A stretch of 36,057 nucleotides of DNA. Source: Candidatus Thorarchaeota archaeon (GTDB taxonomy: Archaea > Asgardarchaeota > Thorarchaeia > Thorarchaeales > Thorarchaeaceae). This document shows positions 9,834 through 19,708 of the stretch, piece after piece (position 1 is the stretch's first letter; each line of letters opens with the position of its first letter). A model generated the notes under the pieces. That model ran no database searches, had not been told where the DNA came from, and was given only the letters and a program-made list of their open reading frames with translations. The position numbers and the translations under genes are program-made. The DNA lies in the NCBI GenBank assembly GCA_029858305.1, contig JAOUFI010000019.1:1-36057 (forward strand), written 5' to 3'.

Positions 9834-12644
9834 TTATCGCCTACGACGCATAAGAATATACACTATCAACAATAGTACGATGACAGATCCAATTACAATG
9901 GGTAAATTGTCGATTAGAAACGCGATGATGTCAGTTGCTTCAGATGCTGGAGCTTGTACTGTATAAGAGCCTTCAGCTGATACGGCAATATTTCCTGCAA
10001 AATCAGTTGCTTTGACACGGTATTTGACTGTCATGTCAACAGGTGCAGGAGGTATAAAGCCCGTGTGCACTCCACTGAGGTAAGTCGTGAACATCGTATT
10101 GACAGAAGCCCAGTTATCAAGAGAGAACTCAATAATCACTGATGCCAATCCAGAGGCGTTTGGTGGCTCTGAAGCAGTAGCTGTGACTATGACATAGCTT
10201 CCTTCATAGACAGCTGCAGTTGCATTGTGCTCTACTAAAGATATAATTGGACTGATTCTATCATCGACAAGATACGAGAATCCTAGGTTTAGGCTGGCAA
10301 TAGCGCTGTTATTCGTAGAAATAATTACGTAGTCAATCTGAGTGCCATAACTATGGGCAGCAACTGTTGTTGAATAGATACCTCCTGAAAGAGTCATATT
10401 AACTAGTGTCAAACTTTGCCAATCATCATCGGTCCATTGGAACGAGATGTAGTCTGCATTTGATATATTTGCAGTCACAGTGACTGCGTCAATGTATTGA
10501 GGTGAAACTGGATTCTGATTTATTTCATGAATGATTGGTATCTTTTTAGTTTCTAATATCGCACGACTCACATTGAGTTTGCCATATCCCCATGCATTAT
10601 TGCCTATTGCGGGAAACGGAGAAATAGCTCCTGTATAAGCATCAGTATAAGCTGAAGCTTCGATGATGTACTTCGCAAGAGAACCACAGTCTTTGTTTAG
10701 CTGCAACATTAAGGCTACTGCGCCAGCAACATGAGGACCGGCAGCACTTGTTCCACTGAAGAGCTGATATCCTCCAAACATTGGATTCAACGGTAATCCA
10801 CCAACCCCCGTCATCCAACTAGCCCAAGCAGAATCACTTGACCAGGAAGATACAACATCCCACCCACCGGGAGCGGAAACCGACATCTTTGGAATGTTAT
10901 CAATTCGAGGCCCACATGAAGAATAAGGAGCTATAAAACCATAGCCTGGTGACCAGAGATTTCGAGACATATAAGATGCTACAGATATTGCTGTATCAGC
11001 GGTAGAAGGCCAGGTGATGGTGAATTGGTTATTCCACCAACCATCACTTATAGTCCAGATAGCACCTCCACTCCATGATGTTGCGTCATCTGCAATATAG
11101 AAGTGATAACCTGCGGAGTTGGGATTTATTATATCGACATGCCAAGGAGTTGTGTCTTTGATAGTACCTTTGATATTAATGGCGATCATTGAGGTACCTC
11201 TCATCGATTTCGCCGTAAATGACTGAACAGTAACATTCAAGGTAGCTGGACTGCTTACCCAATTGTTATACCCAGTGCCAGGATTCAAAATATGCGAAAT
11301 AAAGCCAGTTGGAACAGGCTCTTGAATGATTATCTGTGCTTGGTTAACTGGTTGATTGCAGAGGATTGTTATATACAATTCAGAAATTCCAAGCCCGGAG
11401 GGAACTTCAAAGCGCGTTGTGAATATGATATTTGACAATCCAGTTCTCTGGGCATGACGGTATCCACCAAACAGATTTCCAGCAGGAACAATTACTGGAA
11501 TTCCGCTTCTTGTTAAGGAGTCAATCATGAGCTCGACATTACTTGACCCGTCGAGATATTCATAGGTCCAAGAACCTACCTCGATAATAATGACATCTGC
11601 GCCATGATCCCGCGCCCAGATTAAACCTTCTTCTACAGTTAAGCCGTCAGAGTCAAAGATGTCAATCATCATTAATTCAGCATCTGGTGCAATACCTACG
11701 AATTGGCGATAGCCTAGCTGTCCACCATTGAGAATTCCAGCTACTCCCGTGCCATGTCCATGGGTGTCGTAGTGAGTACTTGAGGTGAGATTCACTCCTC
11801 GCTCCCAGACCTCTATATTCAGACCATTCTTCTCGACAATATACTTTGTTTTTGGTGTTTTGAGAGCAATAAGATTCTCTCCAATGTTCAGAACATTATT
11901 AGAGTTTGTATCAGCCACAACGAAAAAGGTATCACCATCATCAATAGCTCCCAGAATTGTCCCATTGTCCAGCCAGATCCAATCAATATCAGTCTCATAG
12001 ACAGAGTTTCTGTTGGTATCGGTGACATAGAGAATCTCATTGCTCGAAATAGCAAAGTCATTATTGAGGTCGATGCCATCAGTTCCATTGTCAAACTGCA
12101 AGTTCCCAGGACTATACCAATTATACGATTCACCGTCTGCGTAGAAGAAGTCTGGGTGACGCCACTGAATTCCTGTGTCAAGGTCGGCAATTAAAATGTC
12201 TTTTCCTGTAAGATTCTGTAATTCATAATCCTTCATAGACCAAGCTAAATTTGTGTATGTTTCAGCAATTGAAACATCCCGAGGTGAGTGGTAATTCTGA
12301 TTCTTCAAGGGTTCAGCGTTCCGATACAACGGATGCAAAGCAAGTGTGTTAAGTGCACTCTCTGAAACCTCAACGATATAGACTGAACCAATATGCTGTG
12401 GATTCAATCCAAAAGATATCCCCATATTCTCAAATTCTAGAATCTCACTATTTGTCAATTCACGTTCAAAAGAAATTGAAACACGACTGACCGGTTCATC
12501 AAGATTAAGGATTGAGAGTTCAGGCTCAACAACAGATTCTGGAAATTCCATCTGATTTGAAGTATTCATGTTGGAACTTGGAACAGGTCCAACACTCAAC
12601 ATCAAAAAGACAAGTATGATAGACAAAATTGCTTTTGAAGGCAT
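9834..12644 (-). CDS. Secreted, membrane-anchored S8 subtilisin-like serine protease
   Basis: Signal peptide from ATG 12644; triad DLDTG / HGHGTGVAG / FSGTSAAGPHVAG; oxyanion PAGN; C-terminal beta-rich domains, then TM helix + RRRR. Confidence 0.9.
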   Translation of the reverse strand: MPSKAILSIILVFLMLSVGPVPSSNMNTSNQMEFPESVVEPELSILNLDEPVSRVSISFERELTNSEILEFENMGISFGLNPQHIGSVYIVEVSESALNTLALHPLYRNAEPLKNQNYHSPRDVSIAETYTNLAWSMKDYELQNLTGKDILIADLDTGIQWRHPDFFYADGESYNWYSPGNLQFDNGTDGIDLNNDFAISSNEILYVTDTNRNSVYETDIDWIWLDNGTILGAIDDGDTFFVVADTNSNNVLNIGENLIALKTPKTKYIVEKNGLNIEVWERGVNLTSSTHYDTHGHGTGVAGILNGGQLGYRQFVGIAPDAELMMIDIFDSDGLTVEEGLIWARDHGADVIIIEVGSWTYEYLDGSSNVELMIDSLTRSGIPVIVPAGNLFGGYRHAQRTGLSNIIFTTRFEVPSGLGISELYITILCNQPVNQAQIIIQEPVPTGFISHILNPGTGYNNWVSSPATLNVTVQSFTAKSMRGTSMIAINIKGTIKDTTPWHVDIINPNSAGYHFYIADDATSWSGGAIWTISDGWWNNQFTITWPSTADTAISVASYMSRNLWSPGYGFIAPYSSCGPRIDNIPKMSVSAPGGWDVVSSWSSDSAWASWMTGVGGLPLNPMFGGYQLFSGTSAAGPHVAGAVALMLQLNKDCGSLAKYIIEASAYTDAYTGAISPFPAIGNNAWGYGKLNVSRAILETKKIPIIHEINQNPVSPQYIDAVTVTANISNADYISFQWTDDDWQSLTLVNMTLSGGIYSTTVAAHSYGTQIDYVIISTNNSAIASLNLGFSYLVDDRISPIISLVEHNATAAVYEGSYVIVTATASEPPNASGLASVIIEFSLDNWASVNTMFTTYLSGVHTGFIPPAPVDMTVKYRVKATDFAGNIAVSAEGSYTVQAPASEATDIIAFLIDNLPIVIGSVIVLLLIVYILMRRRR

Positions 12645-12788
12645 GGCGCTCCCTCTTTCACGATGGAGTGCATAATTGCACACATACTAATAAGTTCATT
12701 CTGACTCATTTGGCTCATCCAAACGAAGTACAAGATTAGAATATATTTCTGCGATAGATAGGAGTACATCCATTAGGAGATAGTACGA

Positions 12789-13688
12789 ATGGATGAGAGC
12801 GATGAACACACGGAGAAATTTGAAACAAAGACTAAAATCTCATGGAAATTTGTTATATCAATCGAACTGCTTGTAATCACAACTATTGCAATCACAGTTT
12901 ATTTCACATACCGTGGTATGTTCCCATTTGATGCCGAACGTGGTATCTACAGGATACTGCCTGGAGATACTCTAGTTGATTTCATTTGGCTGTACATACT
13001 TTCAGGCCTTACTGGGTTAGTGTTGTTTTTTATCACGCCAAATATATCCAAAGCCCTACTAAGAGTGCACAGATCAATTCGCGGCAAGAATGCTCGTTAC
13101 TACTTCCAGACAATCGATCATCAAGTAAACGGCATTGGTCAATTAAGAAGAACGTTAATTCCAGCATTTGCCGCCCTAGGCATAGCCTATTCTATCTCAA
13201 ATATACAGACAATCGCCAATGCGATTTTTGTCTCAGAAGGTTTTATCGCTATAGAGGAAACTCAAACTATTATTTCCAGCCTGTCACTCCTCTTTATTCT
13301 TCTACTATTTGCGTGTTTCATCTTGATTGTATTTACCCCCATATGGCTATTGCAGGATAGTGGATTGGTCTGTGAATTAGAAAAGAAGCCAGGAGCTATT
13401 TCAGAGATTGAAGGGGTTGGGAACTGGTATCTGAAGATGATGAAGGGATTTGCAGGAATTTCAACAATTGTCGCATACATCTTCACCGTTATACAGACTA
13501 TAGGGTGGTATCAATCGGCGCTGCAGTCGCCACCAGAAGGCGGATTTTCTGTACTGATCCTCCTAGTGCCCGTCGCAGCTGTTGCAGCTGCACCATTACT
13601 TGCGCTAGGTCCTATACTGCTCATATTTGTCGCGTATGAGGTTTCTCTTAGAAGGAGCCTTCCTAAGCTTCAGGGTGTAGAGCATTGA
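12789..13688 (+). CDS. Polytopic membrane protein of unknown function
   Basis: 299-aa ORF with about 6 hydrophobic segments. Confidence 0.7.
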   Translation: MDESDEHTEKFETKTKISWKFVISIELLVITTIAITVYFTYRGMFPFDAERGIYRILPGDTLVDFIWLYILSGLTGLVLFFITPNISKALLRVHRSIRGKNARYYFQTIDHQVNGIGQLRRTLIPAFAALGIAYSISNIQTIANAIFVSEGFIAIEETQTIISSLSLLFILLLFACFILIVFTPIWLLQDSGLVCELEKKPGAISEIEGVGNWYLKMMKGFAGISTIVAYIFTVIQTIGWYQSALQSPPEGGFSVLILLVPVAAVAAAPLLALGPILLIFVAYEVSLRRSLPKLQGVEH

Positions 13689-13726
13689 GTTTCAATCCAG
13701 ATACCAATAGGATGACACTTCACCCG

Positions 13727-15416
13727 TTACTCTGCTTTACCATTGCTAAACCGGGAAACCTGTAGCAGTGCTACGAACGGAGTTAAGGGGAGAGGTATTG
13801 TCAAGGTAAAGAGGCCTAGAAGAATCATAACAACTAGGACCGACAGAACGATGCGTTTCATTCGGAGATGATCAATCTCACCTCCAGCATAGAGCCAGAA
13901 GCTTCTAACCACCAAAGCTGAGAGCAAGAACCATAGCAAGCCAAATAGAACATAATAGAGAGAAATCTGAAAATCACCTGTTAATGGAAAGATGAATTCT
14001 AATGGATGATGTCCCCACGAGGGATATTCTGTCCAAGATATAACACCAAACGGAGTAGCTCCTAAGACAAGCCAACGAGAGGGGCTATAGGCAGGGAAGT
14101 ATAGGAAAACATCAGTGGGCAAGAGTGCTGCGATTAAAAGAGGTAATGTGAGTCGTTCTTTGAAATCCCAATCAGTGGAATACCGATCGATAAGAGCTCT
14201 CCGCCTTATGCGCTTTGTTCCTATGGTTATAAGGATGAAGCAGCCAAGGAATACGAGGAAGATTGATGCAGTCATACCGACAATAAGGACATTGTTCTTT
14301 GGTGAAGGATCAGTATCAAAGGATCCTGCTGAACCAGGGATGGGATACCAACCATAACCAATATAGTCGTCCCACCAGTTTTGGAACCATAAATTATCTT
14401 CTCCATTATCTTCAGCATTAAGGTAAATAGTTGGCACCGAACATGTTTCTCGAGTAATTACAGTTGGTACTCCATGTCAATAGACCTTGATCATTATTAT
14501 GAATTATATTGGACTCGAATAGGCAGTCATGACCATTAAAAATAGATCCATATCGGTATGTGGATACATTATTGTTGACAATCCTAGAATTCGTCACATT
14601 GTACAAAGACAATCCACAAGAGCCTTGAGGCCCTATAGTACATTGAACGGTGTTGTTAACAATTGCACCACCATGTGAAGAATAGATGAAAATCCCCTCA
14701 TCAGAAAAACTCTGGACGCTATTATTTCGAATCATAAAATTAGGGCACATGCCTACTATAATTCCATCATCACCATTAATACCACTAATATTGTTTAATG
14801 CCACTTCAAGGCTTGGGCAATCGTATGCCCAGATTCCGTCAACTGACGAAAACAGAATTGAACTCAAAATGGTGCATGTGAGACAGCTTTCAAGGCGGAC
14901 ACACCACCACCCAGTATCAAAAACACATTCTTCAATAGAGCAGTCTTCACAATTCTCGAGGAAGATACCAGAAGCATATGATTCGATTGAGGAATTTTCA
15001 ATACGACCATTTGTCACATTCTGGAAATGCACGCTATATCGACCAGCTTCACTATTAGTTTGAAGTAAGCAACCAGATACTGCGAAGAACACGTTCGTGT
15101 TTGATATGTTCAAACAACATCCATCGAAATCTATGCTCAATGCTTCGATTACATACGGACTCTCTTCGGTTCCATTTCCAGGCCATCCTTGGAGAATAAA
15201 GTCTTGATTGCTTGAGATATTGATCGAGCTATGTGGTGTAGTATCAGCCAAGCTTACGCCTTTAACCCCTTCAGGAGCTGCAATCCTGTTTTGAATGAAA
15301 AACGCGGACTGAAAAACTGGACCAAAGAAAGATTGTGCGACCAAAAGAAGTGCACATAGTAACATCACTCTAGCGTGATACACAGCTCTCAACTCTATCT
15401 CCGCATACATTTGCAT
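13727..15416 (-). pseudogene. Parallel beta-helix (NosD/CASH-like) surface protein with C-terminal membrane domain, split by a 1-nt frameshift
   Basis: ORFs 14418-15416 and 13727-14437 overlap. Removing one T from TATTTAC (plus-strand aaa 14425-14427) joins them as ...FGANYYLNAEDNGEDNLW...NWWDDY. Signal peptide, WPGNGTEESPYVIE and NN-rich repeats are present. Confidence 0.75.
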
Positions 15417-15552
15417 ACAGAGGAATATAACCTCTGTGGAGTTTCACACTCGAAAGTTTGGGGCTATCAAGTAAATTGAAGTATATCAATCAGAAAGCTG
15501 CGTTGAACGGCAAGATAATATCGGACATCCAATATAGATTAGATGAACAAAG

Positions 15553-15900
15553 ATGACGCGTTTAAGCGAACCGAGTTTCGAAGATATCATCACTCTTGTT
15601 GCGCAGCTTGTTCCTGACATCCCTGAACCAAGTAAGATAATGTTCGAAATTGAACATAAAGACAAGGTTCTTTGGCTTGAAGGCTGGTGCGACGGGTGTA
15701 TAGCGGGAAAGGGATTCCCACCTAAGGGAAAAGGAAAGCTTCAAGAAAAATTAGATCACATTAGAAATCTGACCCCGGGATTCTTGAAGGAGCGAGCAGA
15801 AGAGAAAGGCATGATAGTACAGCATTCAGGATTCATACCACTGGATGATAAGGAGTTCCTCTATGGAGTGTCCTGGGCAATTTTCAAAGAGATGAAATGA
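15553..15900 (+). CDS. Hypothetical protein
   Basis: 115-aa ATG ORF filling the gap; contains WCDGC; no family recognised. Confidence 0.6.
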   Translation: MTRLSEPSFEDIITLVAQLVPDIPEPSKIMFEIEHKDKVLWLEGWCDGCIAGKGFPPKGKGKLQEKLDHIRNLTPGFLKERAEEKGMIVQHSGFIPLDDKEFLYGVSWAIFKEMK

Positions 15901-15951
15901 TCTCAATCCTGGTTTCCTCTAATTATCGCCTCCGTTGACTAGTGAAATGCA

Positions 15952-17151
15952 TCACAACCCCCAGTATGCCTGGAGAAAGTCCCACCACCCTTCATGCGGA
16001 AACTGCATGGCTAGATACAAGTCGCCATGCCAGAGGACATTATTGCTGAAGGATCCATAGGAACTTGGGAAAAAGATTCCCATACCTTCAGCTGAGGATA
16101 AAGCGGTACTTGTCACAACATAGATTGATGTCGAGAGAGTTCCATTCAATTCTGCCGCATAGGGGACATTGTTAACTGCCAAGGATTTTACGAATGTTGG
16201 CAGATCGATGTATGCTTCCCAACCATACTCGGACCAACCCAAATTACCCTCGCCCTTTGCTTCTGCAATCATTTCGTGAGCCGTTTCTCTATCAGCAAGA
16301 AGAAGACTCTCCAAAGCGTCGGTCATACTCCCGAGTTGCTGGACTATCAAGTCAACAAAACTCATGTCAATGGAAGCTAGCTCCACAAGCCGCGAGGCAG
16401 GGCGTTTTGCTTCATAGAATGCGATATAATTATCAACAATGGTCTTCGATAGATCAAATGCACTCATTGTTGGACTTGCAACTAGGTCTTCAAGTATCAT
16501 TCCGTAGGGATAGCCCCAGTTTGGCACGTATCCCTCTGTGGCAACTAGATATTCAATGTCCAAGCCTGCCCAGACATATTCGTACGCAACTTCAATCATT
16601 CCCTCAACACAAGCATCAAAGGCTAGAATGTCAATTTGGAAGCCTGAGAGAGCACTCGATATTTCTTGATGAGATAAGTAATCCTCAGGGTGGTCATCCC
16701 AACAACAACCCCTGAAGTCATCGCCATGGTCCCACAACACAAGAGCATAGTTGTCAGCTCTGAAATGCTTTGTTGAGAACTTGACAAAATCCGTGAGTGT
16801 ATCGGGATCGCCCATGTTTGTTTCAATCCCATTGAGTGCGAATCCGTCTACCAAATTAAGAATTCCAGCGTCGACCTTGTATAAATTGGCCACATCATCG
16901 TACCTGTCCCAGAGTACAATTACATTGACGTTCTCGGTTGATCCTACGGTCATCATATCCTCAACGTTCACGCTGCTATAGTAATCAAGATTGTTGTCTG
17001 CATCCAGATACACCATAATAGTCCATTGGGCTCCTGGTCTTGCATGAACAGATATGACGGGTAGAATTGCTGGAACTACAAGAATCATAGCCAGCATTAC
17101 CGTGATGATTTTCTTAAGAGTAGGTTGAATTCCTACATGTTCTCTAATCAT
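15952..17151 (-). CDS. Clostripain-family (C11) cysteine peptidase, secreted
   Basis: WTIMVYLDADNNL, NMGDPDTL, LWDHG (His) and FDAC (Cys); N-terminal hydrophobic signal; start taken at ATG 17151. Confidence 0.9.
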   Translation of the reverse strand: MIREHVGIQPTLKKIITVMLAMILVVPAILPVISVHARPGAQWTIMVYLDADNNLDYYSSVNVEDMMTVGSTENVNVIVLWDRYDDVANLYKVDAGILNLVDGFALNGIETNMGDPDTLTDFVKFSTKHFRADNYALVLWDHGDDFRGCCWDDHPEDYLSHQEISSALSGFQIDILAFDACVEGMIEVAYEYVWAGLDIEYLVATEGYVPNWGYPYGMILEDLVASPTMSAFDLSKTIVDNYIAFYEAKRPASRLVELASIDMSFVDLIVQQLGSMTDALESLLLADRETAHEMIAEAKGEGNLGWSEYGWEAYIDLPTFVKSLAVNNVPYAAELNGTLSTSIYVVTSTALSSAEGMGIFFPSSYGSFSNNVLWHGDLYLAMQFPHEGWWDFLQAYWGL

Positions 17152-17233
17152 TTCTCGCTCCACTCCATTAACGCGAACTGAAGTGAGCTTATACCTAAAC
17201 AATATCTTGAATTAAACCCTTACGATTGGAGTC

Positions 17234-17297
17234 ATGCCCTGTCTAAGAACTCCTGCTTTTAGGCAGGATTGAATGACGAAAAGCTTTGTAAGTAACC
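17234..17297 (-). pseudogene. Decayed copy of the nrdD 3' end (distal copy)
   Basis: Reads GYLQSFSSFNPA*KQEFLDR, then +1 nt and H, versus NrdD GYLQALSSYNPAKKQEFLDRH; 16 of 20 residues identical. Confidence 0.85.
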
Positions 17298-17326
17298 TCA
17301 GAAAAAACACTCAGAAAAAACGAGTG
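17297..17326. repeat. 12-bp tandem direct repeat CTCAGAAAAAAC x2 at the edge of the nrdD remnant
   Basis: Copies at 17297-17308 and 17310-17321, overlapped by a CACTC/GAGTG inverted pair (17308-17326). Confidence 0.7.
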
Positions 17327-17372
17327 AACATGATATTACAAAGTTTCTCAACTCGTTCGCTTGTGTACTGCG

Positions 17373-18185
17373 ATGAAATATGGAGTCTATATCTCTAACT
17401 ACGCACTTCAAGGAGATCCCAATAAATTCCTTGAATTGGCAGTTGCTGCTGAAGATGCAAAGTGGGATGGGTTCTTTATGTGGGACCACAATTATGCAGG
17501 AAAGGATGAATTGATTGCAGACCCATGGATCACACTTGCAGGCATAGCAGCACGCACTGAAAAGATTAGAATCGGCACAACAGTGACACCTCTACCAAGA
17601 CGACGCCCACAGGATGTAGCAAGGGAGGTCGCTACACTAGATATTCTTTCTAAGGGTAGGTTCATTCTAGGAGTTGGATTAGGGGGTTCTTCTGACAATG
17701 ATTATGGAAGTTTCGGAGAAGATACTGACCTCAAAGTAAGGGCTGAGAAACTAGACGAGTCATTAGCTATTCTTGAGGGTCTTTGGTCTGGTAAACCATT
17801 TTCATTCTCTGGAAAGCACTACAATATTCATGAGGTCACATTCAATCCTCGCCCGATTCAGCGACCACGCGTGCCAATATGGTGTGCAGGTACTTGGCCA
17901 ATAAAAGCTCCATTCAGAAGAGCGGCAAGATACGATGGTGTGTTTCCATTATCGATGAGCGAAGACATGTCTCTGGAGGAATATTCCGAGGTAGTAAACT
18001 ATGTCAAAAAGCATCGAGGATCCATGAAGGATTTTGATGTGGTAATTATGGGGACAACTACTGGGGATGAAAAGGTCTCGTGGATTGGTGAATCCGAGGC
18101 TCTTGGTATGACTTGGTATGTTGAAGTCATGATGGGAGATGATTTTAACAAGTTCTATGAAAGAGTTGTAAAAGGGCCTCCTTGA
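17373..18185 (+). CDS. LLM-class (luciferase-like) flavin/F420-dependent oxidoreductase
   Basis: WDH, DPWITL, IRIGTTVTPL, ATLDILSKGRFILGVGLG and PRPIQRPRVPIW; start ATG 17373. Confidence 0.9.
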   Translation: MKYGVYISNYALQGDPNKFLELAVAAEDAKWDGFFMWDHNYAGKDELIADPWITLAGIAARTEKIRIGTTVTPLPRRRPQDVAREVATLDILSKGRFILGVGLGGSSDNDYGSFGEDTDLKVRAEKLDESLAILEGLWSGKPFSFSGKHYNIHEVTFNPRPIQRPRVPIWCAGTWPIKAPFRRAARYDGVFPLSMSEDMSLEEYSEVVNYVKKHRGSMKDFDVVIMGTTTGDEKVSWIGESEALGMTWYVEVMMGDDFNKFYERVVKGPP

Positions 18186-18192
18186 AAAAATC

Positions 18193-18267
18193 CTACAGTG
18201 AATACCTGTGTCTATCTAGGAACTCCTGCTTCTTCGCAGGGTTGTTTGAAGATAGGTCTTGCAAATA
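18193..18267 (-). pseudogene. Copy of the nrdD 3' end including a stop codon (proximal copy)
   Basis: Reads YLQDLSSNNPAKKQEFLDRHRYSL* versus NrdD YLQALSSYNPAKKQEFLDRHRYSL*; 22 of 24 residues identical, 10 of them via different synonymous codons. Confidence 0.92.
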
Positions 18268-18350
18268 CACAATAAACATAAATTAAAAGATGAGTTGATG
18301 AATTTAGCATTCCTCTTACGATGAGGGAGAATTGAAGGTGGCCTGGTAGG

Positions 18351-19694
18351 ATGATGTGGAGAATACGATATTGTTCTGCCATATTTGTTTGTTTCACACT
18401 CATTCTGGTTTCTACTCATTCAATCGCAACCGAGACCACGAATGCAGAGCCAAGTTTCGGACCCAATTCAATACCAAACATCTACACCCAAAGTAGTGTA
18501 AATGAAACAGCAGCATATGGACCGCCCTTTGTAGTATTCGTTAATTGGGGTTGGACAGGCAATCTCACATACACATATTGGGATCTAAACGGGGATAAGG
18601 GCATTCCTAATGCTAATGTCACATGTCTATCCTTCGTATGTGATGGGATTTATGACCTAGGAAACGGTTCTTATTTGGTCAAAGTAAACACTACCTATTC
18701 CTGGGCTCCGGAGTATCTGTATCTAATTGTTGCCTTCGATAAAACAGGATTTGAGAATCAAGTTGTTGTGACTGAAATGCATTTGTATCCCGCACCCACA
18801 AATCTTGTTGTTGTTATACCAGAAGAGAACCAGATTGATAACTACCCTCTTTGGCTTATGATCCCCCTCGGTGATGCAATAGACATTCAATTTTTCTATA
18901 ACGACACAGATGACTCTGATGGTCATGTGGGAGGACTAGCTGGCGCATCCGCTAGTGCAACCATCGTTGGTCCCACGCTTACTGAGCAATATGTACAACT
19001 CACAGACCAAGAGAATGGGTATTATAATCTGACATTTGATACAACATCTGAATGGCTGTATGAATCTGTAGGATGTACGCCTAGGTCAAATTGGTTGCCT
19101 TATTATATTCACATTCAGCTCGCTCTTGAGAACAGAGTTCCATGGGATCGTACAATCGAAATCACCATCATAGATATACCAACAGAAATCCAAATAACTC
19201 CTCATTATGAACCATTATATCCATTACATCTTATCCCGAGTGGCAACTTCATATTCGTCTCTTTGGTGGATATCTGGCCTTCTCATGAAGAGGCGCTCGT
19301 TCGGGATGTAAGCATTTCAGTAGAAACTTATAACTCATCATTCATAGAGGTTCGTTCAATCACCGAAGATCCTGAAAATCCAGGAGTCTATGAAATCGTA
19401 TTGTTCAATAATGTTCCAGCTTCAGTACAAGCGACCATTCCCAATGGTGGATGTATACCAAACGAAATCACGTATGCATCAATAGTATTCTCAATCTTTG
19501 TCGAGAAAGAAGGGTATGCAAGTCAGGAAATCACAATTGCGGCAGATCTTATAGCGGTCGGTGGGGGGGGCTGGGGACCTCAGCCACTGGCGGGTGTTCC
19601 AATATTAATTGTAATTGCAGTTATAGTTGGAGCTCACTATTTCCGGAAACAACGACAGCTGCATTCTACAGTAGCATCAACTGAAATTGATTAA
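18351..19694 (+). CDS. Secreted, membrane-anchored beta-rich surface protein
   Basis: Signal peptide; repeated DLGNGSY / DQENGYY / ENPGVY turns; NxS/T sequons; C-terminal TM helix + RKQR. Confidence 0.75.
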   Translation: MMWRIRYCSAIFVCFTLILVSTHSIATETTNAEPSFGPNSIPNIYTQSSVNETAAYGPPFVVFVNWGWTGNLTYTYWDLNGDKGIPNANVTCLSFVCDGIYDLGNGSYLVKVNTTYSWAPEYLYLIVAFDKTGFENQVVVTEMHLYPAPTNLVVVIPEENQIDNYPLWLMIPLGDAIDIQFFYNDTDDSDGHVGGLAGASASATIVGPTLTEQYVQLTDQENGYYNLTFDTTSEWLYESVGCTPRSNWLPYYIHIQLALENRVPWDRTIEITIIDIPTEIQITPHYEPLYPLHLIPSGNFIFVSLVDIWPSHEEALVRDVSISVETYNSSFIEVRSITEDPENPGVYEIVLFNNVPASVQATIPNGGCIPNEITYASIVFSIFVEKEGYASQEITIAADLIAVGGGGWGPQPLAGVPILIVIAVIVGAHYFRKQRQLHSTVASTEID

Positions 19695-19708
19695 GGGGTA
19701 CTTCTCAG

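Noticed and set aside
15901-15951. Possible third nrdD-tail remnant (aatcctggtttc) and a weak match near 15470-15510
   Set aside because: Similarity is too short and does not translate to the NrdD tail.
18193-18270. nrdD tail as an autonomous glycyl-radical spare part (GrcA-like)
   Set aside because: Only about 25 codons; the radical Gly and RITG are missing in this copy, and the other copy has an in-frame stop.
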